A DNA stretch of 63,855 nt, filler included, from Rhabdomonas costata (lineage: Eukaryota): the NCBI GenBank assembly GCA_019059605.1. It is 18 parts of 18 records of this genome, joined end to end, with 100 filler letters (N's around TTAATTAATTAA, not from the genome) between each part and the next. Parts side by side here need not be neighbours in the genome. Positions count along the whole stretch, not along the records: positions 11,101 to 14,528 come from JAHMHO010000859.1; positions 14,629 to 18,054 come from JAHMHO010000860.1; positions 18,155 to 21,581 come from JAHMHO010000861.1; positions 21,682 to 25,108 come from JAHMHO010000862.1; 14 more parts are not named here. One strand, given 5' to 3'. The translations under genes and the position numbers were made by a program. Below the pieces are notes generated by a model. That model was not told the DNA's origin, did not search any database, and saw only the letters and a list, made by a program, of their open reading frames with translations. This document shows positions 11,790 to 22,987 of this stretch, in pieces; the stretch's first letter is position 1; each line of letters opens with the position of its first letter.

Positions 11790-14437
11790 AACAACTGCGG
11801 GTATGACTGGAACCTCCTGGGGGACGCCATCTCCGCCGTGGAGCTCGAGCAGTACGCCATCAACGCCATGGACCTGTTGACCAACGCGAAGCACAGCATT
11901 CTTCTTCCCACGGCGTACCACTTCCTCAACGTCACCGTGCCCCCGGAGCTGGCCCCCTACCTCACGGTGGCCCCCAGCGGGCACAACGTGGACGTCGCCC
12001 CGATGCTGTTTGACTTCCAGAGCATCAACGTGGCCACGGTGCGCGACGGTTTCAAGGGCTCGTACTTCTTGCAGGTTGGGGGGGGGGTGCTTTCTCCTTG
12101 CCCCTCCTCCCAATTTTTTGGTGGTTGGTCGAGTTCCCGCTGAAACGAATTACAAGTGCAAAACAATAGTGCAGAAGGCCAGCCTGCTCGTACACCTTGT
12201 CCAAAGGTTCTCCACTAGTGCACCACACATCAATGGTATTGCATTCTCCTACATTGTCCGCCCACAACCATCGAACACCAAAGGAAGAGGAAGGTCTGTG
12301 TATCTCACCTTTTCATGTCTCGGTGTGTGGTGTGCCCTCCTCAGTACCGCGAAATACTGCGTTTACGCTTGTAATGTGTGCATTTCGCGATCTGTGATAC
12401 CAGTTGTTCTTCCTGACCTTTGATGTTATGTCATCAACCGCTGCCGCCTGTGACTCTTCCCACTGGTCAGGTGACCGTCAGCTCCGCCCTGCCAGAATCC
12501 CTCCGTGGCCGCCTGTACGAGCTTGGCCTGGCACTGCTTCCGGAGTACTTCGACTTCCTTCCGGGGTTCAAGGAGCCTCCCGGGGGCCCTTCCCGGGACT
12601 ACCAGGTGGCCATCCCTCCGGCCAAGATCGCCATCCCGTACCCTGCTGGAAAGTGGGGCGGGAAGGCCTACTACACCTCGGGATACTCCTCTCAGGTTCG
12701 TCTCAGGAACCTTTCCCTGCTCTCTTCCCTACACAACCGTCCAGCTGGTAGGAGAGGCTTCTTAGGAGTGGAGGAAAGTGGGAATGGCCCAGATTCTTCG
12801 GCGATGCACCCAGCAACAGTGGTGCTGCCGGAAGTGCACTTCTGACTTGTGGTTTTGGACCATGGGGTTTTCTCTTGGATCGCTATCCCAAGCCGAAAAG
12901 ATATTCTTATACTCTCTCGATGTGTCAGTATCTGTCTCTGTCTCTCCCCCTCCCGCCTCACTCTCTCACTCTCTCAGTTCGCGCGCATCTGGTTCTTTTT
13001 TCTTTCTGTTTTTTCTGTTCTGGTTTCTGCAGGTTTTGGTCACGCAGCGGCTGTCCACCTACCTCGTCCCCACGTCAGCGAAGCTGCTGACTGCGGCGCA
13101 AGTGCTGCAGGTGAGGCAGATCATGACCTCCGGGGGCGGCGCAGGAGCCGTCTTGCAGTCGCTGCGGCAGTACTGGGACAGCCTGACCCTGGCCCCCGTC
13201 GTGAACTTCACTCTCAACGCCACCAACGACACCGCGGTGCAGGAAATCACATACTTCCTCAACCAGACAGGTGGGTGACGCACCCCGTGGCTTCACGTCC
13301 TTTTTCTCCATCTCTCTGCTTTCTTTCTGCGATGATATCCGAAGAAATACCACTCCGTGATTTGGACCTTCTGTGACAGCAATAAAAAAACGCCGTACGG
13401 TGTACCCCCTGCTGCCAACGACTTTGGTTTCTGTTCTAGTAACCCGAATGTATTCATGACTGCCTCGATCTGTCGTGTTGCAAACCGCGTGCTCCTCTTC
13501 GCGGGAATGGGAACGCGTGGTTGGTTGCATCGATCAAAGCTGGGATGTTGTGTAACGCGGCGATGGTGAGAAACTCACCTCCGCAAGCGCGTTTCCTGCC
13601 CAATCTATCTTTTCTCTCGCGGTGTGTACTGCGCACTCAGTTCCGGTGTTTCCCATTCCCACGGCCCCCTCGGAGGGCCCGGACCAGGCTGAGCTCCACC
13701 TTGTGCTGCACTCCGACGTCCCGGCCATCCCCGCTGAATGGACCCAGGTGAGCAGCTTTTCCTTTCTTAAAAAGCTATGCTTCTGCACTGGTTGTCTTTC
13801 TGAGCTCAAGAGCTACGTCTTCATAACAGAAAACCAATGAAAGAATATTATAATTGTCTTTGAAATGATAGTGGCGTGCTAAAAGTGGCGTCTTCAGTGT
13901 CGACCTCTATGCCGCCCCCCCCTCTCCCTTCCCAGCCAGTCATTGGAGCCCGGGGAGGCAGGGCTTATATGGGTGGAGGAAAAAAGAGGGCTGATGGGAT
14001 CGAATCGGGCACAACATACTGCAAAGGCATTTGACTGACCCCCGCCCCTTCAATAAAAAATCTTTCCTCTCCTTACATTCCAACTTCGATACAGGCTTGT
14101 TTCTATGTTTGTTTCTCGGTTTCTTTCATGTTCTATCAGCATTTATGCAGGTGCTTACACTGGCAACACGAAAGACAACAATTGGCCATTACCTGTGCGT
14201 CTCCTCACTGCTCTCACTCTCTCAATCTCTGCGCGCTCCCCCCTCTCTGTCTCTCAGGTGCACTATTCGACGTGTGCGGGGTTTCTGGACTGGCGGGGGC
14301 TCCCGAAGAAGGGCTGCCTGGGGACGCCCTTGAAGTTGCGCCCTCGGGGAGCCTGGCTGCAGGTCAGCCTCAGCGGGCAGGCCCAATCCCTGCGGGGCCA
14401 GGCCCTCTTCGACCAGAGCCTGCGGCCCACAGACGCC
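11790..14437 (+). CDS. Large hypothetical protein, internal fragment (5 exons)
   Basis: Exons 11790-12074, 12471-12695, 13033-13270, 13641-13747 and 14258-14437 have GT-AG ends, GC-rich coding bias and a continuous frame (NNCGYDWNLLGDAIS..YFLQ|VTVSSALP..YSSQ|VLVTQRL..). Several N-x-T/S sequons. No family recognised. Confidence 0.75.
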
Positions 14438-14628
14438 GTATGGCTCGCCCCTCAATGTGCTGTCGCGGTTTATTGGGGGCAGGGGGTTGAGTTGCTGGAT
14501 TAACGTGTAGATACCTCGTTCCGCCCGCNNNNNNNNNNNNNNNNNNNNNNNNNNNNNNNNNNNNNNNNNNNNTTAATTAATTAANNNNNNNNNNNNNNNN
14601 NNNNNNNNNNNNNNNNNNNNNNNNNNNN

Positions 14629-14830
14629 CCGGGATTTCCCCAGCTTGCAGAAAGAGGGAGGGGGAATCCGACCCCTCGCGGTCGCGGTCCCTCGTCGCGG
14701 TAGGTGAGACGTTGCGGAGAGTAGTGCGTAAGGCCCTCCTGAGTGACCAGTCCTCCTCGCTTCCCGGTCAGCTCCAGTCGTAGGGGCTTGCCTAAAACGG
14801 GCAGGTGGCAACCTTGGTCATCGCACTTGC
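14629..14830 (+). mobile_element. Decayed CRE-clade non-LTR retrotransposon reverse-transcriptase fragment
   Basis: With one small duplication/frameshift it reads LQKEGGGIRPLAV-GETLRRVVRKALLS..LPGQ, the GxRPIAVGExLRRLxxK..PxQ motif of CRE-type RTs. Stop codons follow. Confidence 0.7.
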
Positions 14831-14909
14831 TCGTTTGTTAGATGACGGAGCCCGAGCTTCAAGCAGAATGTGACATAGATTTTTTTTGCACCTCCTTTGC
14901 CCTTCGCAG

Positions 14910-17796
14910 CCATCAACAGCCTCACTCTGGTGGGCACGGGCGTCCTGAATGGCTCGACGTACGTCGTGTTCTCGCGGCCCTTGGTCACCTCGGAGGCCGC
15001 GGACGCGCAGATCACCAACACCACGATGGACTTCATCTGGGCGTACGGGGGAGGGGATGCCCTTAATCCCGCGCAGCATAGCAGCGACTCCTACGGTTTG
15101 GCGTAGGCCTGGGGATAATATGGGGGTGTGTTTTCATGCGGGAGATGCATTGTCACTGCAGGGGCGAATCTTCGTTCCGCGCATCCATAGCGATCTTACA
15201 CCGGATCCCAGTTTTCTCAGCAGCACAGCGTAAACACACTCGGATCACCTCTCGACCTTGCTTCTGTGCAAAGGGCCACCAGCTCACCCATTTTCGTATC
15301 TCTACGTGCTGCTCCGGTGTAGATTGTTGCCTGCCAATTTGGCCAGTTTTTGACCTTTTGGTGCTTCTCTGGCGCTCTCTCAGGCTATCTCTCCTTCGTT
15401 TTGTAGGGACAGCCCAGCTCAACCTCCTATCCCTCACCGTGGTTTCCGTGACCCGCAACTCACCACCCTCCCTGGCCTGGGTGCCCCTGGTGGCCACCGC
15501 GATCGTGCTGCTTCTGCTGTGCGGGCTCGCTCTGGCTCTGCGCAGGGCAAAGCCCAGCGCGTGGCGGGACTGGGCGCTGCACCGCGGCTACCTGAGGGGG
15601 CTGTCTCGGAAAGTGGACGGGTGGATCCCTGCGATCACCCCTGGCTCTGGGCTGTGGTGCGGCCTGTGGGTGGCTGGGCTTGTAGCCTTCTGCATCGTTT
15701 GGGTGTGTCTTTCTATTGATGTCAGAGGATCAGTGATGTGACAGGTTTCGAATGCAGGGGACAAGGTGTGCCCCTCTTTTACAAGTCATGCTCAATTTCA
15801 AGGAATGTGTTTACATGCAGCGTTCTCATTTTGGGCCCAAGCTGTGTTTTGGAGGAACTTTTGTGTAATGGAAACCTGGACTCTTCACGTTAGTTCCCAG
15901 CACCTCGATTTGTTACACCCCGAAAAAAAAAACAATAAGGCCTACTCAACGAGTGCGGGCACAGTGCATTCCACCGCTTTCCCCCCTCCCCCTTTGCCAC
16001 GAACTTCTCTCAGCGCACACCCATGTGTGCTCATAAAGGGCACCGGTGCGGACGACCCCGCGGTGTGGCGGTGCTTCGGCGGAGCGTCTGTGTTCTGCTT
16101 CGCCTTTGTGCTGTTCCCTGTGCTGCGGAACTCCCCTGTGGCATACCTCTTGGGGACCTCCTTCGAGCGTACCGTGCCCTATCATCGGTGTGCACTGGGC
16201 TTGCCTCGCCTCGATTCCCTTCCTCTCACACATAGCGGCACCGGTACCCTTTCGCGCACCGGGGAGGGCTGAGAATGATACAAACCTATGAGCCGAAAAA
16301 GACATGTCAGGTGAAGCTGCGCTGGCGGCTGCAGTTGCAAGGAGCAAGGGGGGCTCCAGTGCATGTGTCTGATGGTGTTTTTCTACATCCTACTCATCTT
16401 TTCATTTTCATCTGCAGTCCTTATGCTGAAAGTAACCTGTTCATTGTGGGTGATTCCGACCCACTTGTCCCCTCGTTCCGTTCCCCTCAGTGGGACTTGT
16501 GAAGTAGTGCGGAGGGGGTTACCCGGTGCCCTGGTTCCAGTGGTATCCGTTAAATCAAAGAATATGAAGCAGCCAAGTGTTAAATACCTGGGACCTTGGG
16601 CCGCGGCCATTGTCAGCATGAGAGATGGCGAGAAGCAAACTTGGGTCAGGGCCGAGACAGCAGCTTCCATCAGCACCCCGCACCATGCGCTCTTTCAGGG
16701 TTGCTGCGAGAACGCAGTTGCCAACTCACAAAAGAAAGGTCACAAAAAGCACAATGTCAACAGGTCCCGACAACCTGTGAGACAGATATAGAAAGGGTTC
16801 GGTTTCTGTTGTGCAGGCGACCGTACAAAAGAATCAAAGATCACAACGGGAAACGGCAAACGGAAGGCATCAGGCAAGATCATCCCAGAAAACTGGACAA
16901 ACAAGAACCCCGGCCCGTGGGGGGAAGAAATCCCTGCGCAGAAAGCCCCAATGAATGCCACCACGGGGAACGACACGTCGACAGGGCACCGCTCGCCAGC
17001 TCACGCCCACGTGCATGTACCTCCGCCGTCTCTCTCTCTCTCTTTGCAGGTGGGTGGGTCGCCTGCTGTTTGTCGTGGTGACGATCCACGGCGCAGGGAT
17101 GATCTCCGCCAAAGGCGGCGAGGCCTTCAGCTGGAACGCCAGCAAGAACAACCTGGCCGGGGTAATCTCGTGGTGCTGCATGGTGCCCATGGTGCTGACG
17201 GCTCCCCTGCGGCGAAACTACTGGGAGGTGTGCTTTTTTCATTGACACTGAACTATCGGGCGCGCCCCTGCGCACGGTTTTACCCCTGCGCCGCATGTCA
17301 GAGTCGCGGTACTGGGATACGAGAGGGAGGCTCTTTGAATGTATTTATGGTGTGGATTATTCCACTCCCACTCACCCCACTCTACTCTGCTACTGTTCCG
17401 GACTTTGGATGCTGGAAAATTCATGATGCTGATGTTTTTCGTCTGAATGGGTTAGATCTGGATGGGTGCAGCACCTTTTTTGACGCTTGCCGCATCCCTG
17501 CTGCATTGGCCCCCCCATTTTTTTTTGCCTCTACACAAGCAGCACCTCCCCTGCGCCCGCAGCTTTTCCATTATGTGCACCTGGTGCTGTTCCCGGTGTC
17601 GATCGTCTTCGCGGCGCTGCACGACGTGCGGACGGTGATCTTCATGTCGGTCAGCATTGCCCTTCTGGCGGGGGACTGGGTGCTGCGTGCGATTGGGGTG
17701 TGGAAGCATGTGGCGACGGTGGAGGCCGTGGAGGTTGTGGGGGGCGAGATCCTCAGCCTGGAACTCAGCTGCTCTACGGGTTTTCCGCATGAAATG
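14910..17796 (+). CDS. DOMON domain + ferric reductase (FRO/NOX-like) transmembrane protein; partial, 5 exons
   Basis: Exons 14910-15095, 15407-15702, 16039-16187, 17050-17227 and 17563-17796 (all GT-AG). DOMON C-terminus VVFSRPL..FIWAYG..H. Reductase TM motifs FPVLRNSP..LGTSFERTVPYHRWVGR..TIHG and LRRNYWELFHYVHL..ALH, with the four expected heme His. The start of the FAD-binding region follows. Confidence 0.85.
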
Positions 17797-18399
17797 GTGT
17801 GCTGGCAGTTTGGTCTCTGGTTGCAGGATGTTGTGGAGTAGTTTACGGCAGTTGGGTGTGGCTCCGATCGGTTGTGCGCGAGGATCGCCCAAATGATCAA
17901 ACGGAAGGAGCTCAGGAAAAGAGATTGCCGGTCCACTGTCGCATGATCCCTGACTGAAGGGCAAAGAGCCATCCAACCCTTTGTAGTAGACTCCCACATG
18001 CCCACGAGGACGTTCTGAGTCTACCCCTTGACGTACTGTGCTTCACCACCCACANNNNNNNNNNNNNNNNNNNNNNNNNNNNNNNNNNNNNNNNNNNNTT
18101 AATTAATTAANNNNNNNNNNNNNNNNNNNNNNNNNNNNNNNNNNNNNNNNNNNNTTCAACTGTGAAAGCTATATTTCCTGTTCCAGCCTCTGTGCGGACA
18201 TTCTTCCGGAGATACGTTTGGTTTGTGGTGCCTTCTCTGGAACCTTTTTGAATGAGCTAGAGCCGCAGAAAACTGTACCGCGTCGCAACATTCGCTTTAA
18301 TGCATAAATGGAGCGGAAAAGGTTGAAATGAAATATCCCTTTAGAGTTACGCCTTATTTTTTATGAATATATTGTCCTTTAAAGTGAGAGTTGTTGTGG

Positions 18400-18610
18400 T
18401 GGAATCTAAAGGAGGGGTTTTTGCCTCTTAAGCGATATTTGCAAACTCTTCTGTTCAATTTCTGTTGAAAGGTTGCGTTTGAACAGGTATCTTCGCAAAC
18501 GGTGGTGTTTGAGGAAATTGCTAGGCTTTTTCAGAATCAATACGACCTAATAAGTGTCACATTTTGCCATTCTCTGGTGGTTTTTTGCCGGCTTATCGCT
18601 TTGGCTGACG
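18400..18610 (+). repeat. Degenerate dispersed repeat homologous to 60583-60870
   Basis: Shared colinear blocks: TGGAATCTAAAGGAGG (18400/60583), TATCTTCGCAAACGG (18488/60694), ACGACCT-AT-AGTGTCA and TTTTTTGCCG. Confidence 0.75.
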
Positions 18611-21486
18611 CTTATGACAGGTCGGTAGCCGTATTTGATCTTTTTGATTTGATATTGAAGTGTCGCAACAGCACAAAAGGAACCTTCTTTCCAGCACGGC
18701 CCCGCACGCACGCACGCACATGCAGGATGGGCCACTGTGTTGCGGCGGGACCAATACGGCCTCCAAGAACGCACCGCGTGCTCACCAGCTTAAAGGTCAC
18801 ATAACTTCAAAAGCTAAGGTTCAGGTCTTTGGCACAAATTCCACGGCGCCGGGCCACCACCTCCTTGTGCGCAGGTCGGGGTCGAAACCCCGACCTTTGC
18901 CTCCAACACGGGGCGAGGAACCTTTGGTAGAAGTAGTTTCTATCATTCCTTTCTTTTCGACTTTCGCGTCCCCAGTGCCGGTTACGCCACTACCTTTGCC
19001 TACCAATCTGCGGGAACGCCACATTATATTTTGGCAATGTTATAAAGATGCGGCCTAGAAGCCTTGGCCATGCTCATTTTCTTTTTGTATTCAAAACAAG
19101 TTTTGGTTCTCTGAGACGTTCTCGAGATTAACGGCGTCAGTTTCACGCCACGCAGGGGTAAAAAGAAAGATGATACACAGAGGTGCCACGTGGATCATGC
19201 AGATTTCTGCCGAATTGATGGGAACCACCCAACGAAACAACCTAAATTTGTCAAAATGGATTCCGCATCTGATTTTTAGCCTTCAAGTCCTATAAAGCGG
19301 TGTGAAGATCACACACCAAAGGTTTGAATCCGCCACAGCTGGCAGCATACTAAACAGCATGACCTGCGCTCTGTCTTTTTGTGGGAGTTCGTGAGGTTTT
19401 CCCTTTTTCAAGGCATGGCATATCTCGTAGCGGATAAATCCAAGCTTCTCACATGGCAAAGCGTCGTTATCCAAATTCAGGAAGAAACCGAGGTTTCAGG
19501 ATGTCCAAGTTCACGTTCTTTATGTCGTGTTTTACAGGAAGGTAAACGTGAATTATCAACGTCGACTGAAGTATAAACTGGGCGCTCCATTAACTTAATT
19601 CGTCGCGAAAAAATTCTTCAGCAGTTAGTTCTGCTACATTTATCGGGCAATTGATCCACATCATCAAGGAGGGAACATTTCTATAACTGTTCTCCCAGAT
19701 CATCACGCAAGCAAAGCCAGCTGCGTAGCAATCAAAGCGGCTAATTCACGTTGCGATTCTGGAGGCACATCAGATGTTTCCCAGCAGTGAACAAGCCAAA
19801 CATCGTCTCATGGAGCAGTTGGCATTCTTGTCATAGACATACCCGCTCAGGAAGTTGAGGGAGAAAGCCCCTCAGTTTACTGCCTAAATTGGAAACACGG
19901 ACAAAACCTTCCTAAACTGATTCATAGATTTGGTAAAAATGTCATCGGGATGTTCCGAAATTACAAGAAGTCCCGATAGCTGTTTTGTAAAGAACTCAAT
20001 TCAAAGTTTCTACAGCACACTATATTGTGATGTGTGTGTGCGAAGCTTCTAAGCTGACGACGGAAATGTACGTCATACAATACAGTTTTACTGTAGCACG
20101 TGCGTATCGATCCGAAGTGGAGCTTCCAGTACTTAAATATGAAATCCTAGCCCACAGTTGTCGGGACCTCTGCATTGTGCTTGCGTGGAGACCACAGTTC
20201 AGGTGAAGCTTTGATAATATGAATTTATCTCCAACTTCATCTACCATTTCTTAAATGCAGCACCACCGCCCGCATCATTCCGTTGGGAAAAAGGATCCCG
20301 TAAATTGGCGTGACTCCATTGATGTACCGATGGTCCAGCAAGTCCTGATGCTGTAACTCGGCACTTTTGCTGGGCTCCAATCTGTACATTTGCGTGGAAA
20401 CATTCCTTAGCGTTAGGCGCGGAAATCGGGTGGTAACACTTGGTGGTGCTCTTGGAACGGCTCGTTTAGCACGGGATCCTCCTTCGTTGGAACTGGAGCT
20501 TTCTGAACTGGATGATCAGCGTTCTTGAACAGTGCATGAAAAAATTTGCGCGCAGAAGACTTCTTCGGCTCCCCGTCTTCCTTTCGGTTTCGGGGGCAAG
20601 CAGCGCACGCCTTTCCAGTTTGTAAGCTTCCACACTTCCATACAGGAGATGCCAGGCATGGTTTAGAGACTCTCATCTGTTTTTGGTTTTTTAATAAGCG
20701 GCAAAGCCTTATTCTCGAGCTTATAATTGCTTCCAATTGCATTTCGGAGCGGCAAAAATAAAAAATGCCTCATGCCCTTCGGGCTACTCAAGTGTGATGT
20801 CGGCTTTTTGGTCAATAACTTCTGGTGTTAACACGGAAGTCTCCAAATCAGTGATTTTCACAGCAATGGACATTATCCGCTCCGATTGATGTGTTGACGA
20901 CCTCAAACGGACGGTGTTGAAAAAGGAAACGCCGTTGGGTTCAATGATCCAGCCGAACCAGATTTGGTGAGGCCTGTTGAAAGTGTCCAGAAGGGCGGCG
21001 GGTCTCACGACCAGAAAAAACTCGCAGCACTGGATTGCGGCAGCAAATGCCATTTGGGGGGATTCGGACCGCCGCGCAACAAGGGATTGGGATAAAATTC
21101 CCCAAGGCGCATAAAGGATAGATCCGCGCTTCATTCCCGGCGGCTGTTGGGGAGCACAGGGCAAGCAGGAAAAAGGGCCGCAACAACTAAGTCGGGCATC
21201 CCAGATGTGGAATGCCAAGCCATTTTGGGCAAAGGATTGCGCCCCACCGAGGTGTGGTGGGACCGGCTAGGGAATTTCAATGTCAAAGCTGCTCGTTTTT
21301 TATCCTTGGCTGAGCTGTTGATTGCCTCAGTGCTCTGTGGTACTCTGTGCACCCTTTTGATGGTTACCCCGTTTGGTTGTCTTTGACTTCGTCTTTTCCA
21401 AGGCCCTTCCGGGCCCCAATGGGCTAGAGAGATGGGAAAACACAGGCAAAGCCCCAAGAAAATTGGGTTTTCTTTTATATTTTTGT

Positions 21487-21557
21487 GTGTTCTAAATCTG
21501 TAGAGGGCTAAGCCGAAGCAGGCCTGGGGTCTTTTGTATACAGCAAGTGTTCTAAAT
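21487..21557 (+). mobile_element. Short dispersed element, copy 2: 49-bp insert with an 11-bp target-site duplication
   Basis: GTGTTCTAAAT at 21487-21497 and 21547-21557 flanks CTGTAGAGGGCTAAGCCGAAGCAGGCCTGGGGTCTTTTGTATACAGCAA. Its 36 nt at 21503-21538 are identical to 60952-60987. Confidence 0.75.
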
Positions 21558-21681
21558 AGGTCTGTGTGTGTGTGTGTGTGTNNNNNNNNNNNNNNNNNNN
21601 NNNNNNNNNNNNNNNNNNNNNNNNNTTAATTAATTAANNNNNNNNNNNNNNNNNNNNNNNNNNNNNNNNNNNNNNNNNNNN

Positions 21682-22280
21682 TGTTGGTGGTTGGTTCAGG
21701 TTTTCGGGTGTTTGTGTGTCGGCCTCGGCGGCCTCCGTTTTGGGTTTCTGTCTCGGGTTTGGGTCTAGGGGTCTGTGTCAGCATTTGTGTTACATGTATA
21801 CATGGTTTGGTACTCGGGTTCTTGCTGCTGGTTCTTCACGGCGTGGTTTCCTCTTGCCCATAGTTGCATCTTCTAGCTGCACGCAGTTTCGACCTTCAAT
21901 TATGGTCTTTGGGCTCCGATTTCTGTCCTGGCTTGGGTGAGTGGTGTCGTACGGTGCTGGGTCGGGTGGGTGGTGCTTCGGAGTTGGGGTGTGGGCATGG
22001 TGTTGTGGATTCGTGGGGTTGTGGATTCGTGGATTCGTGGCGTTGGTTAGTTGCGAAACCACAGGGGCTGTATTCCTTTCTTCAGGGTTGGTGCGCGTGT
22101 CGGCCAGCTAACGTTATATCTCCGCCTCGATGTTACGATGTGGGTCCATGGGTGTGGTGATGTGGTGGGTTAATTATTATGCTGGTGACGTTGTGGGCTT
22201 GGGTGGGTATTCATGGTAGCGTTGGATGTTGGGGTTGTGTTGACGGGTGGGTTTGGTGTGTGGTTAGTGGGGTTGGAGTT
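21682..22280. repeat. G/T-rich low-complexity tract
   Basis: Strong G+T strand bias with no credible ORF. Confidence 0.6.
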
Positions 22281-22915
22281 GCATCTTCTTCTGCCTTTTT
22301 TTTTTTGAATTATTCATATCACGTTTTTGGTTTCTCCAGTTTGCAATTTTTCCCATCCCTCCATCCCTGTTGTCTCTCCCATCCCGAGCGCGAGCGTCTG
22401 CTGCGCTCGGGATGGGGGAGACCTGGGGGAAACCTGCTTTTCTCTGAAAATTCCATCCGAATCCGTCTGGCGCCTTCTCGAACTCTTTCCACTTCTGCGC
22501 AGCTTGTTTTCTTTTGTTGTTGTTTTTGCAACGAATGGATTTCACCCGGCGCTGTCGTGCTTCCTCTTCCTGTGGGTCGCGTGTTGTTGCTGCGCAAGTT
22601 CCTGCACTTGTTGATTTGTGCGCTGAAGCCATTCTTTCTGCTGGTTGGATTGTTTTAATAGTCGCCGTCCGCTGTCTTGCATTTTTCACACAAGTCTTAT
22701 ATTTTCCGAACGCAAGGGGTTTTCCGTGCAAAGTCTTATATTTCTACGGACGACGTCTTTTCCAATCTTTTGCCAGGTGTAATAACGACTGTTAGAAATT
22801 TAAGTCAGATGATTTTTTCCGGCTTGAGATAGAGGGGTTGTTTTTCTTTTTCCTTTTGTGGTTTGTCGTTTCCATTGCAGAAGTCACGGTTCAAACCTTC
22901 CTTCAACTTTCAGCG

Positions 22916-22987
22916 AACCTAACTTAGTTAACCTAAGCTAGTTAGGTTTAGCTAACTAGTAAGTTAGGTTTAGCTAACCTAACTTAG
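22916..22987. repeat. Palindromic AACCT/AGGTT (TTAGG-like) minisatellite
   Basis: Repeated AACCTAACTTA and its reverse complement TAAGTTAGGTT, including the perfect hairpin TAAGTTAGGTT-TAGCT-AACCTAACTTA. Confidence 0.75.

Noticed and set aside
19050..21450. Long coding-looking degenerate sequence on the minus strand (e.g. LLDDVDQL, Walker B-like)
   Set aside because: Multiple stops and no second motif, so no family can be assigned without a search.
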